From Podarcis liolepis (lineage: Eukaryota), in NCBI GenBank assembly GCA_965112155.1, contig OZ218105.1: a stretch of DNA of 64,000 nucleotides. One strand, 5' to 3'. Position numbers and translations under genes: made by a program. The stretch's first letter is position 1. Every line of letters starts with the position of its first letter. The notes beneath the pieces were generated by a model. It made no database searches and was not told the DNA's origin. It worked only from the letters and a program-made list of their open reading frames with translations. Positions 37,686-49,147 of the stretch are shown piece by piece.

Positions 37686-38786
37686 GTGGGGAGCGCCGCC
37701 TCTGCGAGAGCTGCTTGCGGAGGTGCTCCTCGAGGTTTGGCGGAAAGGGAGCACCGTCAGGGCGAGGAGACCTGCGGGAGCAAGACCACGAAGCGCCGCT
37801 TTCCTGGACCAGAGCTTTCCCAAAGTCACAGATCCCTTCCAGTGCAGTCCCTAGGAGTGTTTGCTCGCGAGTAGCTCCATCAGAGTTCAAAGGAGCTTAT
37901 TCTTCCAAGATGCGTTTACAGCCTCATCTTAGGCAACTTTATTCAGAAATAAGCCTAGCATGATATGGGAAACTAAAAAATGAACACTGACAGGCATTTC
38001 CTCCCGTTACTTATTCTACCCCATGAAAAGCAGCATGGGGAGATTTTTTTATTACTTATTACATCCCCTCCCCCCAGTGATTTATTTTGAATGTTTCTGG
38101 CTCCCAAGCACTGTAAATGGTGAAGGGCTGGAATTTAGGAAAGTGGTTTAAAACCACCCTGCAGATGGCAATCATTAAGAGGACGGTGTGGCGGGTCTGT
38201 TTTTGTGGAAATGGTGCGATGATGAAAGGTGTCCCAGGATGGATTTTTCGCACGAAGGTTAATATTGCTCTCTGGTCCCCTCGGAAGAAAGTCTCCCTAA
38301 TCCATGGGGATGGGGCTCCCCCCCCCCAGCACGCCACATTCTCATGTAGAATCGGTAGGTTCACGAATCCACTTGGACACCTGAGGAAAGGTTCAGGCTG
38401 CGAGCAAAGAGAGTGACAGACTAGAAGCCCGCCAAAAAGCGAAGCTCGAGGGGAGATGGCGGGAAGAAGGTCGCGACCCCGAAACACCTGGGAGTAAGGC
38501 CCATTGAACTCGGCGAGGCTTATTTCTGAGCAGACTTTTTGAGAAGCCATGCTTAGGATTAAGATATGGTGGTTTATCTGTATTCTGTCGATAACTGGCG
38601 CTCCCTTCCTCGGTGCAGGAAGCGTTCCTGGACTTGTCACAGCTGGGGCTCCTGTTGTTTCGTGTCCATTTGCCTCGCAATAGCCCCTCGTGTTCGCTTT
38701 GGGTGTTCCCGCCACACCCCACAGATGACGACCCTCCGGGAGAGTCCTCGGTGGGTGGGGACTTATGAAAGGGTCTCGGCACAAAA

Positions 38787-38862
38787 GGGCGGAGAGTGTT
38801 TCCCTGACGGGGAAGTGATCGGGAGGCCTTATATAAGCCTCCGGGGACGGAAACTTGACAGT
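38787..38862 (+). promoter_or_regulatory. PRDM14: PRDM14 core promoter: GC box, TATA box, Inr-like start
   Basis: GGGCGGAG at 38787, TATATAAG at 38830-38837, CAGT with its A at 38860, 30 nt after the first T of TATA. Confidence 0.65.
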
Positions 38863-38982
38863 AGCTGAGGTAACCTCAGCTCCACTGTGCCTGAGGAAAA
38901 GTGGCCCTTCCTTCCTTCCCTCAGCTCTCTGGCCACAATGCACCCCATGTCGAGTCTCCATGAGCACCTTTTCCTCCAGCAG
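38860..38982 (+). other. PRDM14: PRDM14 putative exon 1 (leader; in-frame ATGs at 38938 and 38947)
   Basis: Donor CAG|gtagcc, followed by an acceptor ..ttctccccacag| at 39066. Confidence 0.55.
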
Positions 38983-39099
38983 GTAGCCCCTCCCCTCCCC
39001 CTCCCTGCCCTCCCCGAGGCGCGCGCTGCCTCTCACGCCCCCCTGCCTTATTATTTCTCCCCACAGGTTCCCGCGCTTTCCACCGCGCCGCGCTCCTCG

Positions 39100-39652
39100 A
39101 TGGCCTCCTCCTCCTCCTCCTTCTCCGCCGAGCCTGACCGAGGCGAAGGCAGCAGCGAGTCTTTGCTGATGCTCCTAAGGGGCTGCCAGCCCGGGCCCGG
39201 CGTCGCCTCCCCCTTCGGCCCGGTCCTGCCAGCGCCGCGCTTCCTCGAGGCGCAGCCTTCCGCTTGCCCCTTCCAGACGCCCCTGGGAGCAGGACTGAGC
39301 CCCGGTTCGCCTCGCCTGGCGCCCTTCCCCTTCTCGCGCCTGCCCGCCGCCGCCTTCCTGCCTCCTCAGCTGCTGCCGCCGCCGCCGCCCGGTCCTCCTC
39401 TGCCCAGGCCCCAGCCGCTGCCAGTGGTCTTCCCGTCGCCCTTGGCTCGGAAGGGCGAGTCGCCTCGCCGGCGCGTCTCCGAGGGAGCGTCGCCCAAGAA
39501 GAGGAGCCCCGACGGAGCTCCGGACGCCGAGCAGCGCGCGCCCACCTACCGCTTCACGGCTCAGGAGCTGCACGCCGTCCTCTACGGGGCCGGGCCAGGA
39601 GGGAGGCAGCAGGGCGCCATGGCGGGAGCCGGCCACCCTCCTCGCAGCCCGG
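39100..39652 (+). CDS. PRDM14: PRDM14 exon 2 coding part (exon starts at 39067): P/S-rich N-terminus and pre-SET motif
   Basis: YRFTAQELHAVLYG matches the conserved F(T)EE(D/E)LxxVLYG pre-SET motif; donor G|gtaagg; start codon choice uncertain. Confidence 0.8.
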
Positions 39653-41118
39653 GTAAGGAAGGCACCCGCGCGGGGTTTCCCCACAGCCTAGAGGGCGGAG
39701 GGTGGAGGGCAGGAAGAAGGCGGGCTTGGGGTGAGAGGGTGGCTGCTTCATAGGAAGAAACTTTTCGACGAGGACGACCAAGTTTGCACAAAAGCTTTTT
39801 TCCCCGGGACGTCTCACTGCCCCAACGCGAGGCTCCTTGGATAGGAACGTTTCCTCAAATAAAAGTAAAGCGTGGCGTCAAAAGAAATGGAACTTTTCCC
39901 CACCCCATTAAATCTGCTCCCAGATTTAAGATCGTTATGAAACTCTTGCCCCCCGGGTTAAATAACAGGGGCAAGAAGAACCCTTCTAATACATTGAATT
40001 CTGGGTTTTTGGTGCACATACAGAAAGAAAAGTGGCTGGAATTTGCGGACTGTTTTTAATGGGCAGATGGCAATATCCTAGAAAGACTCTGGTGCAGCCG
40101 TGGTCAACTTCTGTCCAAATTTTGCAAAGAAAAGTACACCCCCTTTTTATATAACCCCCCCCAATGACTGGAATAGGATGGGGTGGGAGGAGAGAGTGAA
40201 GTAGAAGTTCAACCATTAATTGCAGGCAAATTTAAACTGGGTTTTAAAAAATCGGAGCAGTTCTGTGGAAAAACTAGATAATGGCACAGCTGGAGTCAAT
40301 TTCTCTATTCTATTTTAACCCAACAGTTTATTTTGGCCATGTGTTTACTGTATATTGCTTAAACTGATGAAAACGATTGTATCTGTCGGTGATTTTTAAA
40401 AAGCATTGGGTGAGGAACTGGTGTAAGTATTTTATTATCGTCCATGTATTGGTTAAATACGTTTTCAAAGCAAAAATGTTTCTGTGGAAGGAGAAACTCT
40501 GAATGCTTCTGGAGAGTCTCTCTTGACTCCCTTTTTTGTTACATTTAATCCACCCCCAAATAAGAGAATCTAAATTTTTCTCAGAAGGGCTCCTCTTGCG
40601 AAAGAAGACCCTGATCATGCTCTTCAAGACTCCAACGCCTTTGCCAGATAAGAGTCAGGAAATCCTGCACTTTAACAGCAGGGCTATGGAATAAATTACC
40701 CGCTCACCCCCACTGTAACCATCCATCCCATATGCTTCAGAGAAGTGGTTAAACTGGGACAGAGTGGGGACCTTTAGATGTGTCTGTGCCCGCGCGGTTA
40801 TTTTCTAACCTTATCTTGTTGGTACTGAAGGGTGGGGTAGTTTATTTCGGATGTATTACTCCGGTGTAACAGGGTTTACGTTTTGTAAAGGCACGAATCC
40901 TATGAGTTTCTATTCAAATTCCAATGAGGCAAATACTGATTCCAGCCTATTTTATTGCAGGGTCCGTAGACCCCGTGTAACTGCAATCCTCGCTCTACTT
41001 TCATGGGAATCGCCTATTTAATTCGGTGGGACTTACTTCTGAGTAGGCATGGTTGGGATTGCGTTGTTAGTCCCAGTTGTCTGATTGCAGTACTAGTTTC
41101 CCTTTGCTTTCCCGTTAG

Positions 41119-41175
41119 GCGCAGTTGACGGTCAGCCGCCGCTCCTGGACAGGTCTTCTCTGCAACTCCCGGAAG
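41119..41175 (+). CDS. PRDM14: PRDM14 exon 3
   Basis: ttag|GAVDGQPPLLDRSSLQLPE G|gtagct (compare LDKDSLQLPEG); alternative in-frame acceptor would start the exon at 41125. Confidence 0.85.
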
Positions 41176-41337
41176 GTAGCTGCGTTTGTTTGGTTTGGCT
41201 TTTGTCAAGGGGGTGGTTGGGGAAGAGGGATCAAGGCTGATCCTTTTGAGTTCTCCTCGTTTTCTTCAACCCAAAGACTAATCCCTCTCCCTTATTCCTC
41301 TCTTCCCCCCCCCGCCCCCCCCGTTTCCTCTCTGTAG

Positions 41338-41495
41338 GGCTGACGGTGTTGCAGACCGTCTACGAGGACAGCCCGCAGCTGGGAGTCTTCTGTACCGAGA
41401 CCATCCCGGTCGGCGTTCGGTTCGGCCCTTTCCAGGGCAAAGTTGTCAACATCAGCGAGATCAAGACTTACGACGACAATTCCCTGATGTGGGAG
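41338..41495 (+). CDS. PRDM14: PRDM14 exon 4, PR/SET domain
   Basis: GVFCTETIPVGVRFGPFQGKVVNISEIKTYDDNSLMWE|gtac. Confidence 0.95.
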
Positions 41496-41719
41496 GTACA
41501 ATTCGCTGGTGTACTGTCGCTTTCTTTTCTCCGAGGGGAGGTGGGGGGGGGCTGGATGCCTCAAGCCACGCCTCTGCATAGCTGATCACCGCGCTTACAG
41601 TACTTGGGAAACCAGTTTCTCTGGTTCCAAGGGGTCTTACTCCCAGTAAATGCGCACGCGGTTCCAGCTTTCTAAGGGAGATAGCGCATTTCCCTCCTCA
41701 GCTGGGTGTTTTATGAAGA

Positions 41720-41925
41720 AAGCAGTGTGGAGTAATGGTAGAGTGTTGGACTAGGAAGCCCAGGGTTCAAATTTCCGCTGAGCCATGAAACTCCTAGGGT
41801 CAATCAGTCTCTCAGACTAACCTACCTCACAGGGTTGTTCTGAGGATAAAATGGGGAGGAAGAGGACCGTGAATGCCGCCTTGAGCTTCCTTGTAGGGAA
41901 GGTGGAATATAAATGCAAAAAAATA
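41720..41925 (+). mobile_element. Old tRNA/CORE-type SINE
   Basis: A box (gtggagtaatggtagag), B box (ggttcaaatttc), ctaacctacctcacagggttgtt core, A-rich tail. Confidence 0.7.
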
Positions 41926-42318
41926 AACAAAGGGCGTATGATGCTGGACTCCCATCAACCTCAGGCAGCACGGCCAGTGGTTAAGACGAGTGTTTTAGTC
42001 CCATCTTGAAGTCCAGACGTTCCTCCACCGCTGTCTACTCTAGAGGAATAGGTGGCTTGGCTATGAAAAGATCCTGCGCAGATTGATTTAGAAGCAATCC
42101 CCATTGCTATCTCCTAACTAAGCGCGTCCATGAGGATTGCGGTTTAGCTGAACGCCAAACCCCTTGCTTTCAACGTGAGTGGGGCGAGGGAGCAGGAAGG
42201 GGCGTTTAGATCCCCCCCCCGCCTCCCTGCCAGGAGCGGCGTTGCCTTCCTGGGTTGCTGCTGTCGCTATAAGCGCGGTGAGCAACCGTGTGTAAAGTTT
42301 GTGTGTCCATCCCCACAG

Positions 42319-42589
42319 ATTTTTGAGAACGGCCGCTTGAGCCACTTCATCGACGGCAGGGGCTCCTCCGGCAACTGGATGTCCTTGGTGAACTGCGCCC
42401 GCTTCCCCGAGGAGCAGAACTTGACGGCCCTGCAGTGCCAGGGGCAGATATTCTACGAGAGCTGCAAAGAGGTCACGCCCGGCCAGGAGCTGTTGGTCTG
42501 GTACGGGGATTGCTACTTGCAGTTCTTGGGCATCCCTATCAGCCTGAAGGGAACGGCGGAAGGGAAGCCTGTCCAGGCGCACAGTGAAG
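42319..42589 (+). CDS. PRDM14: PRDM14 exon 5, PR/SET domain
   Basis: [40 protein letters not shown]. Confidence 0.95.
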
Positions 42590-42899
42590 GTCAGTTGGCA
42601 ACCTTCCAAGGCTCCGTAAGAGTCGCGCTCAGAGCTGTTGCAGCCGGGAATCTGAACGGTCTGCTCTGTTTGCACATTGGCTCTCTCCCCATCCCCTAAT
42701 ACCGCTTGTAAGTTCAAAAGAAGTTAAATGCTTCACTTTATAGTCTGGTTGTCCACTTATAAAACTCCCAGTTCATTGCATTTATTCCTCCTTTTCCCTC
42801 TTTCACTTTTTGAGCGCGCGCCTGCTTCTGAAACTAGGTGGCTATAAAAGAACCAACCACCCCTGACGGTGGCTTTTTCCTTCCCTTTCTCACCCTCAG

Positions 42900-43102
42900 A
42901 GTCTCTGGAGGGCTATAAGTGCGAACGCTGCGGCAAGGTGTTCGCCTACAAATACTACCGCGACAAGCACCTGAAGTACACCCGGTGCGTGGACCAAGGG
43001 GACAGGAAATTCCCGTGCCAGCTTTGCAAGCGATCTTTTGAGAAAAGGGACCGGCTGAGGATCCACGTCCTGCACGTGCACGAGAAGCACAGGCCTCACA
43101 AA
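42900..43102 (+). CDS. PRDM14: PRDM14 exon 6, zinc fingers 1-2
   Basis: GYKCERCGKVFAYKYYRDKHLKYTRCVDQGDRKFPC..HVHEKHRPHK|gtaagg. Confidence 0.96.
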
Positions 43103-43423
43103 GTAAGGGATCGCCAACTGGCGCCGCCGCCTTTCTCTTAGAATCTGAAGGCGGGAGAGCCCGCCTTGCCTCGAAGCAGCTGCAGCAGCAGGAAATAAGT
43201 GTTTCAAAGAGTGCAGAGTGCCACCCGAACTCCCCCCCCCAACACGCTTCTCAGGAATGGAAGCAAGACTCGGGGAATGTGTGCGATGGGGGGGGGGCAT
43301 TGCTGGGCAGGGACATCTCAGGCGATAGATTCAGGATTGCCAAAGGGAATCGTCCTCAATAAGACGATTCAATTATCCTTGAATCGTGGGCAAGTTGAAC
43401 GGTCCGTGTATCTTTCTCCATCT

Positions 43424-43584
43424 CAGTGGCGTAGCGTGGGTTGTCAGCACCCGGGGCAAGGCAAGTAATTTGCGCCCCCTAACCCGTGGATTTGCGCCCC
43501 CTAACCAGTGGATTTGCGCCCCCTAACCCCCAGATGTTGCGTCAGGTGCGGCCGGCCCCCTGCACCCCCCACGCTACGCCACTG
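43424..43584. mobile_element. hAT MITE with three internal ~22-bp tandem units
   Basis: TIR CAGTGGCGTAGCGTGGG; perfect TSD CTCCATCT; (ATTTGCGCCCCCTAACC)x3. Confidence 0.9.
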
Positions 43585-44022
43585 CTCCATCTCTCTCTCT
43601 CTGTGCGTGTGTGTGTTCTGTGACTTGCTTTTGCGTGATTGTGGTTTCATCCAACGGGAACTTTACTCTTCTGTTTTTAATTTTAAAAAGGTCTTTTGGT
43701 CGTTTTCATAAAAGGCTCCGTGCGTGTAGCCTTACTTGGGAGTAAGTCCCATGGATAGCAATGGGATTTGACTTCCGAGTAAACATTGCTTTGTATGGCA
43801 TCGGGCTTAAATACGGTGTGTCACAAAGGATGCCCTCGAAAGCCTCTGCAGCTGTTACGTGTTGCATTTGTGTGTGTGAATGCGGAGGAGTCTAAAGGAC
43901 TGTGATAGGTTGTTCTCCGTGGGCACTTGATTTCGTTTAAGCTCCGCCTAAGTAGGCTGAGGCAGAGACTCAATGCAGTAGTTATGTATTAAGAGTACGT
44001 TTTCTTTGCGGTCTAGTTAGAA

Positions 44023-44299
44023 CAGTGGTTCTCAAAGGGTGTGGCAGTAGAGGGTGGCGGGAGGATTCAAATACAATCAATATTATATGTTATTATGTGG
44101 GTGCATTGTTTTTTCTGGGTGTCCCATCATCGTATTATAAAGCAGCTGTGTTCTGAGTTACAAGTCATGCACTGCTAGGAGTTGCTTCTTTGTCTTTTCC
44201 AATGTATTTCTTATCGATAAAAAACAAAAAAATCGGTGTGGCGCCTGCAAATTTTACTTCTGAAAGCGTGGCCCAAAGAAAAGAGTCTGAGAACCACTG
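44023..44299. mobile_element. hAT MITE
   Basis: TIR CAGTGGTTCTCA/TGAGAACCACTG; TSD AGTTAGAA/AGTTAGGG. Confidence 0.8.
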
Positions 44300-45180
44300 A
44301 GTTAGGGAGTGAAGGAAAACCATGGTGACACTTCCGGGGAGGGGTCCTGATTGTGCCCCCTCCCCCCCCTTGAGAAAAAACAACGCAGAGAGTTCAAGCT
44401 ACTCGCCTGCTTCACTGCAGGGAGTGATTGCAGCTCCAGGAAACCACAATTGCAAAACTCACCACCTCTGCTGATTCTCTGCCCTGAAATCTTTTTTCCT
44501 CTTGTTTTGTTGCTGTCCCTCCCTTTCCCTCCCCCCTTCCTTTTTTAAAACCATGATTACTTGCGGTTTATTGGAGCAAGCGTTCGGCCTCACCTCTGGA
44601 GCGCACTTGTCTGAAAGCAGACCCAGTTCATTCAAAGCCAATGAGGTTTGCTTGTGACGGTAGTGATCTTCACACAAAACCCCTAGCAATGAAATCGGGT
44701 GGATCGAGTTCCTCAAGGTAATGGTTCTGGATAGTTCACCTGTTGTGAAATTTAGAAGCGTGGTGTTGCATTTAGTTGCAATTGCACTACACTTTTGGAA
44801 ACAGAATTACAAAATGGAAAGGTTATGGAACTTTTAAATATAGAGATAAGTGTGCTTTCTGTCTCTTCTCTCCCCTGCTACACCCAAGGATTCCAGGCAC
44901 TGAAATGTCCTGTAGCCTCTCCAGTATCTTCGGTTGCCTGGAATAATTAAAGATGAACTAGGCAAAGGGGAATTCCCATAAGTGCCATATTTTAAAGAGC
45001 AGCTCCTTATTTGAATTGTGTTAGAGCTCCTGGCAGGGGGAGGAGAAAGAAGACTCATTTCATAGTGAGAAACTGATCTCACCCACTTTTACTTAGAAGT
45101 AACTGACAGACCAGCCTTTATGTATGTATGTATATATAGAACTATAGCCTGAGGCTGCAATCCTATACTTACCTAGGAGT

Positions 45181-45262
45181 ATAGAATCATAGAATCATAG
45201 AGTTGGAAGAGACCACAAGGGCCATCGAGTCCAACCCCCTGCCAAGCAGGAAACAGCATCAG
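45181..45262 (-). mobile_element. CR1-type 3' tail, 5'-truncated
   Basis: atagaatcatagaatcatagagttggaagagaccacaagggccatcgagtccaacccc. Confidence 0.8.
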
Positions 45263-45389
45263 AGTATGTCTGATTAAATTAACTGGGGCTTACTTCTAAG
45301 TAGATAGTCTTAGGAATGTGCTCTGAAAAGGTGTCACTTGACTTGATTGCTATTCCAGACAATAGCTGAGTACTATCTTCCATTTAATA

Positions 45390-45915
45390 ATATACATTCA
45401 CATCATCATTATCCACTTTACCACCCTGGCTCTTTAGAGTCTATCAACTTCCTTCCCTCCCACCTCATGGCTTTCAAAATTAACCTTTATATCATTACAT
45501 TTCGTATGTTTCCCACTTCTAATCACACTCATTACAAAATAGCTCAAAATGTAAATAAATAAACTTCTCATTACAAGTCTTCAGATAACCTTGCTAGTGA
45601 TATTAATTGCTTACAATAATCTTTCAGATATTGAATAAATTCACTCCAGTCCTTTTGGAATACTTGATGGTGCTTGTTTCGGATTTTTCCTGTCAGCTTC
45701 GCCAATTCTGCAAAGTCCATCATCTTCATCTGCCACTCTTCTTTCATTGGTACTTCTTGTTGTTTCCATTTTTGAGCTAAAATAATTTTTGCCACAGTTG
45801 TTGCATACATAAACAGTTTTTTTTATCTTCCCTTCATATCTCTTCACCCACTATACCCAATAAAAAGGCTTCTGGTTTTTTAACAAAAGTATTTTTAAAT
45901 ACTTTAACTTCAATC
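45390..45915 (-). mobile_element. L1-clade LINE, ORF2 C-terminus and 3'UTR fragment
   Basis: Minus ORF YATTVAKIILAQKWK..EEWQMK..AELAKLT..F..DW..FIQYL resembles the end of non-mammalian L1 ORF2. Confidence 0.7.
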
Positions 45916-46422
45916 CAACAGACTTAGGACAGCTTTATAACATTTTAGTTTTGTCCTTGATTTGTACCACTCTGCCATAAAACTTGCAGAGAACACCCCA
46001 GATGTAGAACCTCTCTTGGGTGCTTTGTTCTCCACAAAGGGTGACAGGAATGGGGAGGAGGGAGGTGCTAGCACATTAACTTAGCATCCAACCATGACTT
46101 CTGAACTGATGGCTGTTCACTAACAACCTCTCACGAACTAGCATTACACTTTCTTCAAGCCCAGCTGGCCATATAAACACAACTTCAACTCAGTTGTCTC
46201 ATTCCCTAGCCTTGAAATCTGATTAAGCGGGAGGAAAAAGTGAGACATCTTCCTTCATTTTCTTCCCTTGTTACAGGGACAGAAAGAGGCTCAGCTTGGT
46301 AGCAATTAAGTGGTAGCAATTAAGAAGTCCCAGATAATAAACAATGTTAAAATAGTTTTGTAAAATGGTTGCAAACTACAAGTGCACCTCCCCTTACATG
46401 CATCCCACTCGGAGACCTCATA

Positions 46423-46468
<46 letters not shown>

Positions 46469-46504
46469 GATAGATAGGTAGATAGATAGATATAGATAGA
46501 TAGA
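46423..46504. repeat. (GATA)n microsatellite
   Basis: Directly visible. Confidence 0.98.
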
Positions 46505-46845
46505 CTTCTCCTTGTTTGGGGCTGCTGCCCAGAAGTTGCTGCCTCAGTGAGGGAAGGTGGCCTTTGATTGACTAGCGGCTTCTCACCTCCATTGTGGGTC
46601 CATGAACCCATCGTGGCACCAGTTACGTTGGACGCCCTTCTCTGCCCCTGCCCTCTGGCCAGCCAGCCACTGCTGCTGCACACACTGCCCCCCCTCAGGT
46701 AGGCAGGCTCAGTTCAGGCTAGGCAGCTGCCACAGATAATGAGTCTCTCCCTCCCTCCCCTCCCTCCCTGCATGCCCTCCTTATTAAAGTTAGCTGCTCC
46801 CCACTTTACACGAGTTCACTTATGCGTGCGAGGGGCCAGAACACC

Positions 46846-46851
<6 letters not shown>

Positions 46852-46891
<40 letters not shown>
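46852..46891. repeat. (GT)n microsatellite
   Basis: Directly visible. Confidence 0.98.
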
Positions 46892-46892
<1 letters not shown>

Positions 46893-47304
46893 TCAGCCTC
46901 TGCTTTAACATAACAATGCTTTGAAAATGCGTGAAACTATATAGTAGGCACCAATGCTCCAGTATTGGACAAGACTACAGGCTTATGCCAGAGTGTTTTC
47001 TGGGGGACGGGGGGAATCAGACTCTCAGGCCTTGTTATCACTGTGCACCCAAGTCCCCACAAATTGATCAGAGCATCTTTATAGAGGAATCTGCAAATCA
47101 GTGTGTAGGCTTCAAGCCTACACAGCGAAGGCACGTAGTACAGGCAGAGAGGGGCTGTGGCTAGAATAATCTTCTTGGCATGATTCATACATATAGGTTG
47201 AAACCTTGTATATTTCTACATTCTACATGCATTATTTTTTATATGTAAAAAAGCACATTATCAATTATGTTTGCCTTCTCTGTCTCGTCTGTATTCCTAT
47301 CTAA

Positions 47305-47556
<252 letters not shown>

Positions 47557-48296
47557 TAGGATGTTACGTTCTCTGGCATGCTCAGTTTAATCTGTTTTAA
47601 TTCTGAATTTAATGTTGAGCCCCAACTATGTTAGATGTAATGCAGAAAACACACGGCAGGTCTCCCAACATATGCATTTGTTATTACTGCATCTGGGAAG
47701 GCATGGGAATACAATGTTTTCTATTTGCAATGTACTGGAGTCTCAGCCTCCTTAGGTGGATATAAGGCTATCTGATACAAGCTTTTATTCCTGGGGTCCC
47801 ACACCTGAACAGACTGTTATAAAACAGTGGTGTGGTTGATGAAATTTTAGGCTCTGGATTTAACCTTCTTGCAGCCCTCTTCCACTTAGATGATAAATAA
47901 TTAAAGTAGCAAGGCAGCCCTGCTGGGTCCCCCCCCCCCCGGGGGGGGTGGTTTTGCTGAGTGGGACCTTGGATTTCTTCCTCAAAGTCCTCCCTTAACA
48001 GCATCACAGACTGCAAAACAAAATACCACCTTTTGATGGTGACTGACTTGTAAGTTGATTTGTCACATGTGTTGCCTGCCTGCCCTTTAGGGGAGCTTGT
48101 GGAAATGTATATGGAGCGAGTCCCCTTTTTATTTCCACTACAATCTTGTGAACTAGGCTTGTATGAGAGATAATGATGACTTGCTCAAGGCTATTTACAG
48201 AATGCCATAGCTTGGCTGTGATTTGCACATAGTTTCCCACATCCCTCCTTCACTGGCTGTGAACATGTAAGGCTGGCATTTTATCTGCCATATATA

Positions 48297-48653
48297 GTAA
48301 AGGTAAAGGGACCCCTGACCATTAGGTCCAGTCGTGGCCGACTCTGGGGTTGCAGCGCTCATCTTGCTTTATTGGCCGAGGGAGCCGGCGTACAGCTTCC
48401 GGGTCATGTGGCCAGCATGTCATGTGGCCAGCTTCTGGCGAACCAGAGCAGCGCACGGAAATGCCGTTTACCTTCCCGCCGGAGCGGTACCTATTTATCT
48501 ACTTGCACTTTGACGTGCTTTCGAACTGCTAGGTTGGCAGGAGCAGGGACCGAGCTACGGGAGCTCACCCCGTCGCGGGGATTCGAACTGCCAACCTTCT
48601 GATCGGCAAGCCCTAGGCTCTGTGGTTTAACCCACAGCGCCACCCACGTCCCA
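48297..48653 (-). mobile_element. Full-length Sauria SINE
   Basis: (ACCTTT)n tail, B box (gttcgaatccc on the minus strand), typical body; 14-bp TSD ATCTGCCATATATA at 48283 and 48654. Confidence 0.92.
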
Positions 48654-48784
48654 ATCTGCCATATATAAGACCCAGCAAAAGTCCAATTGGTTCTCCTGCT
48701 GTAGAAACAAGCATTGAATCTTAATTACAATTTTGTGAGCATGTGATTCCTTTCATCTTGTTTGTCACTTGTAGCTTTGTGTCT

Positions 48785-48791
<7 letters not shown>

Positions 48792-48845
<54 letters not shown>

Positions 48846-48868
48846 TGTGTGTGTGTGTGTTTGTGTGT
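48792..48868. repeat. Compound (CT)n(GT)n microsatellite just upstream of the PRDM14 exon 8 acceptor
   Basis: Directly visible. Confidence 0.97.
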
Positions 48869-48916
48869 AAAAGCTTTTTATGCCACCTGAAATCATTTTG
48901 TTCACCATCTCCATAG

Positions 48917-49147
48917 GCATTCACCGCCTCCAGCATCCTGCGTACCCACATCCGCCAGCATTCAGGAGAGAAGCCTTTTAAATGCAGACATTGTGGCAGA
49001 GCATTTGCTTCCCATGCTGCCCATGACAGCCATGTGCGGCGCACACACGGTGCTAAAGACAACTGCCGCACCTGTGCTTTGTGTGGCAAGACCTTTTCAG
49101 AGCTAGAAGAATTCCGCTTCCATATGAAGTTTCACATGGGCCATTAG
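48917..49147 (+). CDS. PRDM14: PRDM14 exon 8, zinc fingers 4-6 and stop
   Basis: AFTASSILRTHIRQHSGEKPFKCRHCGRAFASHAAHDSHVRRTH..CALCGKTF..HMKFHMGH*; about 524 aa in total from ATG 39100. Confidence 0.95.
   Translation, partial: AFTASSILRTHIRQHSGEKPFKCRHCGRAFASHAAHDSHVRRTHGAKDNCRTCALCGKTFSELEEFRFHMKFHMGH

Larger units (their letters stand above)
31700..44700. promoter_or_regulatory. Broad CpG-retaining domain over PRDM14, with a core CpG island at ~38400-39850
   Basis: CpG is frequent by eye across the interval but scarce in the NCOA2 introns and past 45 kb; not computed. Confidence 0.7.

Noticed and set aside
31213-38868. Many 100-325 aa ORFs on both strands upstream of PRDM14
   Set aside because: No recognisable domains or consistent splice chain; some run through MITEs; expected from GC/CpG richness
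39175-39817. Antisense and alternative-frame ORFs over PRDM14 exon 2 (also 42118-42717 and 42896-43300)
   Set aside because: Shadow ORFs of GC-rich coding sequence
40950-40980. Acceptor tttattgcag as PRDM14 exon 3
   Set aside because: Hits TAA in frame after six codons; 41119-41175 gives the conserved SLQLPEG
43424-43584. Three ~22-bp direct repeats, superficially CRISPR-like
   Set aside because: No unique spacers, eukaryotic context, and inside an hAT MITE with TIRs and TSD
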